50,920 nt of DNA, taken from positions 1 through 50,920 of the forward strand of contig JAHBMJ010000311.1 of NCBI GenBank assembly GCA_018398765.1, written 5' to 3'. The notes under the pieces were generated by a model. The model saw only the letters and a list, made by a program, of their open reading frames with translations, had not been told where the DNA came from and did not search any database. Made by a program: the position numbers and the translations under genes. Source of the stretch: Chromera velia. Lineage: Eukaryota. How positions within the stretch are numbered: position 1 is the first letter of the stretch; every line of letters starts with the position of its first letter. This document shows positions 11,941-22,821 of the stretch, piece by piece.

Positions 11941-12262
11941 TTTAGAAAATAACAGACATTTGAGTGTTTTTATACTTTTTGTGGGTCATTACTAAGTTCT
12001 CTATTTAAAATAAAATTTATACCTGTGTGGCCGATTTCTATCTATTTTTTTATAGATTTATTGTTTTTTTCTCTATAGAAAGTCCCTACGATGTCCATTT
12101 ATGATTGAGATTACCTATAGAAATGTAATAGTAAAATATATAGCAAAGCCAACTTCATTCATTCATTCAATCATTCACATATAGCAGCAATAGTAAAATG
12201 CTACTTTAAAATAAGAACATACTTAGACACAAGAATCATATATGCTGTCTATAAATCAATCA
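11505..12262 (+). repeat. Direct repeat A, copy 2
   Basis: Matches 1752-2467. It has an extra stop and frameshift and a short insertion at 12146-12186. Confidence 0.95.
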
Positions 12263-12468
12263 TCCCGCTAATGCGGCCGCGCGCGTCGAGAACTTGATCA
12301 GACGGATCTTCAGATGCATGAGCTTGCATGGGGAAGGAACCCACACCATTAAAGTCGCAATTTCAACAGCTGCACGGGGTTCGAGAGGGAAACAGAATCG
12401 GCCATCTGTCACTTGAACGTCATTGCGGCACAGCGTCGGTTTGAGCAACACTTCAGTCGATCAGAAAA

Positions 12469-12542
12469 GAAGCAAGCAAGGCTGCCGTCTCTAAGTTTGT
12501 GCATGAAGCAAGCAAGGCTGCCGTCTCCAAGTTTGTGCATGA
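12469..12542 (+). repeat. 36-bp tandem duplication overlapping the start codon
   Basis: AAGCAAGCAAGGCTGCCGTCTC(T/C)AAGTTTGTGCATG occurs twice. Confidence 0.9.
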
Positions 12543-15500
12543 AAGCCGCCTTGGTGGCAGGTCTCCTTGCTGCTGCCTTCTTTGCAGCTGCACATGGGAC
12601 CGTCAAGAGACCTGTGAATGACGCTCTTGGAAGCCGCGAAGTTTTCTTTCTCTCTCCTGAGAACGCAATTATCCCGATGAACCTGAGACAGAGAAGGAGA
12701 CGGCCACGGTCTCTGGTCACAAAATGCCCTCGGATGATGACTCATGAAGAGGGACAGGCGATGCGGGTTCCTGATTTGGAAAAGGTGACAAAGATGGCTC
12801 AAGGCATCGGCAAGAAGTCAGAGGACATGAACGTTGCCATCATTGGAGCCCAGCTGTCAGGTCTCAGCCTCGCCTTTCAGCTCTCCCGCCTCCACAAAGC
12901 AAGCTGGGAGTCTACGCCCTTCAGGTCCTTCACTGTTCCTTCAGCCGACGCCCCAATCAATCAGGGAGTAGATCACGGAGATGTTGAGGCATTGCACACG
13001 TCTTCCCTCGGGGGTGTGACTGATGAAGACGCGCAGTTTGCAGAAAGCGTCGATGGCGCAACTGTGCAACGGTGCCGGCGTCTCCGTGTGACGATAATCG
13101 ACCCCAATCCTCCAGGGGAGGGGGGGGCCTCCAGCAGCAGTGCGGGGATGGTGCATCCCCTTGGGCCCTCTCTGAGACCTCTGTGGGGGGCGGCACGCTC
13201 TCTTCGGCTGTTCAGACAGCAACTGGCGGCAGCCGAAGAGCAACGACAAAAAAGTTTGTCGTAATGCTGGCCCGATTGCCTTTTTCTGTGTGTGTGCAGC
13301 TAGGCGTTTCAGTCGTGCAGGATATGTCTCTTCTCACTTGATGCAAAGGTTTTGATGACCTTCAGATTTACCTCATTGCGTATTGTGCCTCGTGGTCGTA
13401 TGGGCGTATCGTCGGGTTGGCTTGTTCACATGTAGTCCTGAGATGTTTGTGATTCAGCCAGCACCGCAGTGAGGCCAAATTCTTTTTGCATGTTGGACCT
13501 TTTGCTTTTCCATTAACCTGTGAAAGCAAAAAGAGAATCTACCACTTTCTGTGAGCATTCAAATGAAATTCCGAAACTCCTGTTTTTCTCTCGTGTGAAT
13601 GCATGCAGTGAGGCGGTACAGAGGACCGCACAAACGCGGCCCCGCCGGTGAGAAGGATGGGGAGAGACAGGAGGTGGGGGTAAGAACGGAGGAAGACGAC
13701 TATGAATCTCTTCTGCCTCTGCTGAGTGCAGAGCGTCTCCTGCGCCCTTTCCGCAACGACCGGGAAGTGAAGAATTTCAGGGGGGCCCAAGAGAGCGTTG
13801 CAGAGATTGTACGGGAAGTGATGGGAGAGGGAAGGAAAAGGAAGAAGGAGTTTGGGTGTGGAGAGGGCAAGATGAAAGTAGACAGCGGCAAAGCGAACTG
13901 GATGACACTGGGGAGGGGGAGAGAGGAGAACGCGGGTGTGGAAGTTGAGAAAGAAAGAAGAGAATGCAACGACAGTCCTTTGAGGTCGTCGGAAGAGATG
14001 GAGAGACTTCTCTTGGACCTCTCACAATCACAAGTGTTGTGTGACTCTGCAAGGAGGAACAGCGTGGGTGAGTGGGGAAGCCAGACAAAGGAAGATCGAT
14101 CAGAGATTTGGAATAAATCTTTTCCCCTGGGAGGTGTAGAAGTTCCGCTCGGCATGGCAGTCAATACACGTGATTACCTCAAGTGTCTCTGGTCAGCTGT
14201 GAAAGAGAACTTCTCGGTCTCCAGCGAGGAGGGAAGTGAAAGGAAAGAGAGAAGGAAGGGGGCATCTGAGGAATCTCGAGCAGAGTGGGCACAGAAACGA
14301 GTAGAGAACGAAAAAGACCTTGTGGCACTTCAGAGAGAAGCAGGAGGCAAATTTGACGCTGTTGTGATTGCAGCAGGTGGCGGGCTGTCGTCCTTCCCCT
14401 CTCTTCACACAGAACTTCCAATCGAATTGCATACCCTCAGGGCCCTCGCGTATCCCAATCCTCCTCTCCCTCTCCCCTCCCCCCTCTCTCTGCCTGACAG
14501 TTCCTCATTCTCGTGTCCTTCCACTGAGTCTGAAAGTGAGCCTCCTCTGCTAGCGAGACAGTCAGAGGAATCCGGAAAGCCTGGCGCTTCGGTTTCGTGC
14601 AGAGATTGGAAGAAAGCGTCTGACGAGAGAGAAGAAATGGAAGACGGAATGTTTGGGGAAATAGAGAGTCACAACGGCACGAATTCACTCGACCGTTCAG
14701 TGCACTCTCTCCCTTCGCTCGGAGTGCAGGAAACGAAAAGATGGGGTCAAGGAAAAGAAAGAGAACGAGGGAAGGTGCAAAGAAGGCTGTGTGAAAATTT
14801 TGGTGAAGTTCCAAAATTGAAAAACGCCCTGTTAGGGGGCAAGTGGATTGTGCCTTTTCACCTCCCGCGTTCGTCATTGCGGCCTATCGATGGCACACGC
14901 GCAGACAATGAAAGAGAAAAGTGGAATGCCGATTTAGAAGATAGTACACATGCAAGCTTAGCAAAGAGTGGAGTGTCAGATTCAAGCAAAGGAAGCCCAG
15001 AAGAAGAATGCCTGCCGCTGCCATGTGATTCTTTGATCCCTGCTGTGTTGTGTGGAAGTGCGAGTTCTCTCCTGCCCCTTCCAGCAGGCCATTTTGCAGT
15101 GAAGGAAGATGAGGAGAGAGGAAGAACGAGAAAGGCAAAAGCCGACGAAACATTTGAAAGTCTCAGCACGCAACTGAATGAGCTCTGGCCTGCATTCAAT
15201 TCCTTTGCATCTGCATCATCGCCCCTGTCACCCGATACAGAGGCCAAGCAAAGTCTGTCATTCCCCCCCCCTTTGGGCTACCTTGAGGCAACCCGTGTGT
15301 CCTCCTTCCGATCGAACAACGGGAAGATTCCCATTGGAGGCAAGGTCCCTTCGCGTGTGGGGTTGGGAGAGAGTCTCTGGATGGCAGGGGCGATGGGTGC
15401 CCGTGGGACGATTTGGGCGTGTCTTGTGGGAAGAGAGCTGGCGTGTGCACTTGTCAGGGGTGATCATGAAGGAATGTCTGTGGCTGAAGAGATCAGGCGG

Positions 15501-15614
15501 CCTCTTCTGACAGCAGAAGAAAGAATTCAAATGGCAAAAGATGGGGCGAAGGGCAGAGCAATGGTTGTTCGAGCACGGACAGAGCGGAAAAGAAACAGGA
15601 AGAGAAAAATATAG
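12539..15614 (+). CDS. FAD-dependent oxidoreductase (DAO/glycine oxidase/MnmC-like family), 2 exons: 12539-13253 and 13609-15614, N-terminal signal peptide
   Basis: NVAIIGAQLSGLSLAFQL Rossmann motif, VTIIDP...GGASSSSAGMVHP, FDAVVIAAG, KIPIGG, WMAGAMGARG...LVGRELA. GT donor at 13254 and AG acceptor at 13607-13608 are both phase 1. MKAALVAGLLAAAFFAAAHG is a hydrophobic leader. Confidence 0.85.
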
Positions 15615-18600
15615 AAAAAAAAATTAAAATCTTGAAAAAATGTTGTAGCTTTGACTAGAGCTTTGAATATACAATTAAGTTAAAAGTTGAATTAACTCAT
15701 CATCATCATTATTATTATTATTATTATTATTAATATCATCATCATCATTATTAATCAGTCTATATCATCGATTATCACGATTTTCAAACATTATAAAACA
15801 AATACCGTTTCCAACTTTGTGATGATTTCAAACAATACAACTCTAACTTAAATCTCTAAAAAATAGTAAATACTGTCACGTGGTAGTCATAACACTCAAT
15901 AGGATAAGCTAGATGGCGGCGGAAAGACTTAGTTCTAAACTGATTGACTCCAGAAGGTTTAGAAGGTTTCAAGTTAAGATCGTCAAGATAGCTCGATCAA
16001 CCTAATCCGCATCTTATTCCCTCTCATCCAATCCCTCTCCAGAACAGTCGTTTTCATCCCCGCACTTGACAGAGAGTTAAACGTGACATGCAAACAGACT
16101 AAATTCATGCGATAGGACAAACTCAAGCTACAGGACAGCAGCTACAAGACAACATCCATATCTCAGAGCCAATTCATCTGCAAGGTAGTCACAACGCGTG
16201 AGGACCAAGACCCCGGCACTCAAACAGCTGCAAGAAGGGCCCGCGTCGCATCGGTACATATGGAATGCCTGAGCCCACGCTAGCGTCGCCATCCAACCTG
16301 AGTCATCCTGGCGTTTAGGAGGATCAGTGGCGGCGCACAGGGAGGAGAGGAAAGGAGAGGTAAGTCACTAGAAAGTTGTTTCTTGGAGACGGAGTTCGTG
16401 TTCAAAATAAATATGAAACGATCTCATAAGAAGTTTATGAACACAGATTCTTAACGCTCGAGCCTATCTCTAAGTCTCAATCAATCTTTCGACCTTACAA
16501 CTCTCATCTCTTTGAACTTCTCAACATTGTCAACTCTCAACAACTGTCATCCACTGACTAGAACAACTCAACAATCATCTGTGTCCCAACGTTGCTCTAA
16601 GTCTGTCTGCAACGCTTCACACAAATTCAAATACCGAATCGGCTAAGTAACGCATGCAAACCATGCATAAAGGCCTAGACCCCGGCTGATCTCGACATCC
16701 GCCATGAGGCCTGCGCTCGTCTTGGCATAAATGGAATGCCTGGATCCACACCGATCCGCACTGGCGTCGCCGTCCGACCCGAGCCGTTCTGGCGCCGCCA
16801 GGCAGTCCAGGACAATACCGTAGTATTTTAGGTGTTTGACTTGAATAGTGGGGTCAACGAAGAACCGCTCCTGGGTGGTCACTAAGCAAATCAACATTAA
16901 ATTCATGCAGGTTGCATGAATCAATTGAAAGGTTCTCATTCTAGTTCTCAGTAGGGATATCATGCACAGAGAAAAAAAAAAAGAAAATAACTCTCTTTAT
17001 TATGCAGGTACTTTTTTTTTTGTCTAAAAGAACTGTTGTTTAGCTGTTGCACGGGTGTTGTACAAGTCTTGCAAGGTGTTGCAAACAAAAAAAAAAGTAG
17101 ATAAACTCATTTTTCTAGAGATTTTTTTTTTTTGCCGTGACATGCCTAGAGTCCTCATTATAGAGTAAGATTAAACAACATGCGAGATCTATTAATTTTA
17201 CTTAACTATATAAAAGTTAGATTTAAAGTAGCTAGCTTAGTGACTAGCTTACTGATTGTGAAGATTGCAAAATTAGTTCTATTATATGAATTGTTATGCA
17301 CTGAGATAAAAAAGATGACTAGTTTTAATAAGTTGATAATAACATCTTAATCTTAAGCGTGGTCTTTAGATAGTTATTTTGTTAGATTAGATTTTTTAGC
17401 TCCCTAAATCTAATATAATGATCTATCTAAAAAATTTAAAATGCAAAATAAACTTCTAGATTAGTGCTTTGTCTCTGGTGTCCAGCCATCTTATGGCGTC
17501 CAAAAAAAAGGTAAAACGAAGATAAGAACCTTAGGAAAATCTAGAAAAGGAATGTGAGCAACACTAACTTAAGCAATACCTTGCAGGTTCACGTAAACGA
17601 GGTCTCAATCCGGGGGAGCCTATCTCAATCCTACTTTGACTCTAAGAGGTTCTATTGAACATTGTTTTCAGACTTCTTCTATAGCACTTCTTCCAACTCC
17701 ACATAAATCCAACTCTATAGGTTTAATAATTTCGACTGACTTCAACTCGAACCTGCTGTAGGATGGTGCTCAGACAACATGTTGTTAAACAGGCCAAACG
17801 TAGACTTGCAAACATGTGCAGAGCTTCAAGTACGACACGTACAGGCAGATTGCATATATATGCGGCGGCAGAACATGGCATTAGCACGTGGATTCATTTA
17901 GGTTTATTCAGTCATAGCGCATGCAAAGGCTCAAAGGGCGGCGCCACAGGGTAGGACTCCATAGATCCCCCCCGGCCACAGACAAGAAAATCACGTCCTC
18001 GCGATCAGCCGAACACATCCGAGCATGCGCGAAAAGGAAAAAAGAGGCGAATGAAAGAACACGATCAACCAGACACAATGTAAACCCATGCAATCAATAA
18101 AACAGTGTTACTTGCACTTGAAAGCATATTCAAAGTATGTAGTCAAAAGAATGAAATCTCGAGCGTCCTCACACTATGACAGAGGTATTGTGAGAAAGCA
18201 GTGACACAGAAATCCCTTTAGCACCGTCATGCATTGAAACAGACATTAATTTGCATCACAAAATGAAAACACCACTAAACACCACTTAGCGTTTTTCTTC
18301 TTCATGCTCCGCCGCTTTCCAATCATATATGGAGTGATACGTTTTATGAACTTTAACTTTGTCCAAAACAGTCATCTAGACATTCACTTTAATTATTCTT
18401 CCTAGCACTGCAAAATTCTAGCATCTAGCAGTTATTAAAGCAGTGAGAATTTCACTGAGAAAGTACGTTTGTAAGGGCTCAAGGTGCATTGGCCCGCCGC
18501 TTGAGTCGCGGCTTAACCCGCCGCCGCATCTGAGTGAGATATGCGGTGGGGGCACGCTTTTTGCATAGAATTAATTCAGAATGAGATTGATGTACATTTA

Positions 18601-19670
18601 TGAATAAACAGACCTCAATGTTAAAGAGAGCAGTCTTCTCCTCTCTGTCATTCCCTCCTATGAATATGTATAACTAAATTACTGGTACGTACAGCCCAGC
18701 TAGTGATTAGTGCTAGAGTTCTGCCAGGCAGTGCCAGCTAACAACGTTCAAGTTGATTTTGAAGTTTGAAGTGATTCAACCTAGGATTCAATTAGTGATT
18801 CAGATCGATTTTCAGGCTAGAAAGCCAACACGGATCCAGAGCCGTGGCTTGAACAACGAACAATCATGCAGCAGTGGCCAGGGCAACAGACTCTGGCGGG
18901 CCCTGAGGGCGGGGTCTGATACCTCAGCTTAGGCTGGGGAACGCCCCGCCCTGCTAGCTCTGGCGATAGATAGACATAGCGGGAAGGCCCTAGGGCGGAA
19001 CATATCAATCAATCAATCTAGTGCATGTTCCCGATAAGTTCTAGAAAAAGTTTTCTTTAAAGTAGTTTAGATTAGTTAGATTAGTTAGATTTTTTTTTTT
19101 AAGATCTAATATGTATAATCTATCTAGCGACCACGCCTATAGACTTAATCATGTTTAGCAGCAAAATTTATAGATTGTGATGAAGTATACCAAACTCAGG
19201 CTAAGCGGTGGACTCACACAGCTATATAGTAAGATTTCTTCCATAAAAATTTCTAGAAAGTCTTCAATCTTAATTAAATTGCATGTGGTGTAAAAGATTA
19301 ATTGACCTCCCATAAAAACAAACGTTCAATCAAAATAATTTGAGCGCTGACGGGATTGGTGACTGAAAGGCAACCAGGAACTTGAAAGCAAACGCTCATT
19401 TCATTAAGGTCAGTATCAGTGACAAGCTTGGTCATCGGTCGACCCGATCATCGACCCTCGCGCCACACAGCGAACAACGAACCCTAGCTGAAACACCGAC
19501 AGACAGCAGGTGCTGGCCAGTGAAAGAGCTTTTGAAGACGTTGCATCTCTCATTGAATTAATTACAACAATGAGCCAGGACTCTCCAGCCTGTCTCATGA
19601 CAGCTAGTGCCGCGACCAACCAGCTTGGAGCAGACGGACACCTAGGCAGACGCACTACCGCCCGGTGGGG

Positions 19671-22097
19671 TCAACAAGGCCATCCCCGGACCGTCAAAGA
19701 TCCTTCGCGCACCGCCGATCGGCTCTCTCGCTCCGGGCCCGGCCCACTCACACGCACACGCACCCCCATGCCCCCGTTTCCTGAATGCGCGGCAAGAATT
19801 CCCGGGGCAGGGGGAGGTGCTGCCCTCTCGGCTCCTCCTGCCACTACTCTCCTTTCAATTGCTGCTGTTGCACCGACAGCTGCTGGAGAGGGGGACGGAG
19901 ACGGCGCCCGAGAGGACGGACGCTTCCCGACGCCACTGCTGCCACGCAGGGGCACACCCACACCCCTGACAGTGTCCCTCTCCCTGCCCACACCTGCCGA
20001 GGCCGCGGCTGCGTTTTGGAATGCAGAGCGGCTGAGGTACATGGGTTGGGAGTTGGGAGGGGCACAGCTGGTGAGTTCCCGAATCTGCGTGAATACACAC
20101 ACACACANNNNNNNNNNNNNNNNNNNNNNNNNNNNNNNNNNNNNNNNNNNNNNNNNNNNNNNNNNNNNNNNNNNNNNNNNNNNNNNNNNNNNNNNNNNNN
20201 NNNNNNNNNNNNNNNNNNNNNNNNNNNNNGGGGGGGGGGGGGGGGAACGAAGTCATACATCGACAGCAGAAACATTTTTCTGTATGGCTTTCTTTCTTTG
20301 AGGTTGTACGCGGAGTGCATGCACGAAGAGAAGAGAAGGCACGGACGGGAAAGGAAAGCCCTTACCTACGTTCACACACCTATCCATTCCCAGTCTGCCT
20401 GCATCCTTCTTTTTGTTTGCTTCTCTCTACATGTCCTTGTTGACTTCAAAGCCCCCCCCCTCAGGGCTCCTCAATCGCTTTTGCTCTGTCGTTCAGTTGA
20501 CCATCCAATCGTGTCAAAAAATGAAGAGAAGAGGGATTGAAAGAGAAGTGGCCAAACAGACAAAGCGCGAATTGGCATTTCTTGCACGATGGGAACAAAG
20601 TCTGTGCACACATAAGAGAGCAAAATCCTCCCTAGACCAACACACACAGACAGAAACACAGATAGACAGATTCACCTCCTGTTCTGCCAACAAAAGTCTC
20701 TGGTCGATTTCGGAGAGTTCCTCTCGGGTCCTGCACAGAGAAGGAAGGAAGGAAGAGAGAGAGAGAATGAAGAGGGCCGATAAATATATTTTTCCTTGTC
20801 TTCTTTTCGGAGAGAGAAGAATTTCCCCCACATGCAGGTAGCAAGGGAGGGAAGCAGAGGGGGAAGAAGTGGACATCCAGCAATGTCAAGGAAAATTCAG
20901 TAGGCAAGTCGCTCAAGAGACATAATGAGATCTGCTATGGCCCCCGTGAAATACATGCACCACAAGAGAACCAATTTTCCTTCAATTGACCAGGAGGGAA
21001 AGAAGGGAGGAAGGAAGGAAACAGTTCTTCTTATCACAGAGGAAGGCCTTTGCCTTCTATCCATCGACCGGTGCATAAGCAAACAGGACAAACGGGGGGT
21101 CTCTTCTCTCTCTGCCGTTTATTTTCGATTCGACAGTCAGTCAATCAGTCAGTCAGTCAGTCAGACACCGACAGAGAGAGAGACTGCACCTAGGACAAAC
21201 TGCCGTATTCTTAGCTAACTACCCGAACAAGCAACCAACCTACCTACCTTGCTACCTCATCCGAGAACCCCCTTCTCTCCGTGTCCGCACCTCCCTTCAC
21301 TTCCTCTACCGAAGAGGTCAAACCCCGGATGCTCCTCTTTGTGCTCTGCATGCATGCGGATTCGATCACTCACTCACTCACTCATTCACTCACTCACTCA
21401 CGTATTTGGAGGACTTCTGAATGAGAGAGCGCTAGAGTTTCTCTACAGATGGCATGCGCCATTCAAACACATTCAACAGCAGATGCTCCCGTGAGAGTGG
21501 TGGACCACTGTAAGCCTGGGGGAAAAGAGCAAGATTCGGTCACTAGATAATTCAGTCACACAATTCAGCAAACACACAAATCGCAGTGGAATCGAAGAGT
21601 ACAGGAGATAACCAATGAGGAAGAGAGATAGAGCGGAAGAGAGATTTGAATTCTTCGAAGAGCTTTCGGAACAGAAAGAAAAAAGGGGACCATAAGCAAG
21701 CCCCATGACCGACCAAACAGTTATCTATCCCCCCAACATTCTTCCCCCCTTCCCACCCGCCTTCCACCGACCTCCACGCCCTCTTCCACCGCGATCATTT
21801 TTCTGCGCGTCTCGTCCTGTTGGCTCTCCACCCTGTCCACACGCACGTCCACGATGCTCTTCAGATCAGAGAGGGCAGCCGCCAGTGACTCCATCTTCTC
21901 TTTCCCAGAAGCAGAAGCTGCACAAGTTTGATATTGGAAAATATCGGGTGAGAAGAGCCAGGGCGAATGTAAGAAAAAAAGCAGAGCCAACCCTCCGGGG
22001 AGCGCCTCTGCGTGTGTGTGTGTGCGTGCTCGTGTCAGAGAGTCAGAGAGAGAGAGAAAGAGAGAGAGGGAGAGAGAAAGAAAGAGAGAGACAGACA

Positions 22098-22149
<52 letters not shown>

Positions 22150-22150
22150 A

Positions 22151-22194
<44 letters not shown>

Positions 22195-22787
22195 TCTTTG
22201 TTTGTGTCAGGATAGAGAGAAGGCATGCATCTTCAGAGATCCCAAAACGTCTGATGATCCCAAAAGACTTCTAGAAGAGAAATAGCGCAGGTGGAAGACA
22301 AGGCATTGACGGGCAACAAACAGCAACAAGAAGCGGTTCTTGTATTATGAACCCCCCCCAACCCTTCAATAAAAGCCAATTACCAGCTCCCCCCCTCTGC
22401 CCCCACGCTTTCTCCTCTCCTCTCCTCACCGTCTTGGAGGACCTTCACTGCGTCCTGCAATCCAATCAGACACATACATAGATTTTCTTTAGTTGTTGCC
22501 CTCATTGCCACATTGAATCAAAAATAATGCAGAATCTCGAAGGCTACGCGTGTCCTTTGAGAGGCAAACTAAACTAAGTAGTGGAGTAGGCCTAAACTCC
22601 TTTGCCTACAGAGAAAGTGTGGGCACCGCACAGGCAAAGAAAGCGACACATAGACTGAGCGAGTTGATGGCATTTCGTGTTAGGCCCCCGCACAAACTAA
22701 TAGACAGACAGACAGACAGAAAGAAAGAAAGAAAAGAAAGAAAGAAAGAAAGAAAGGAAGAAAGGAAGAAAGGAAGAAAGGAAGAAA

Positions 22788-22821
<34 letters not shown>

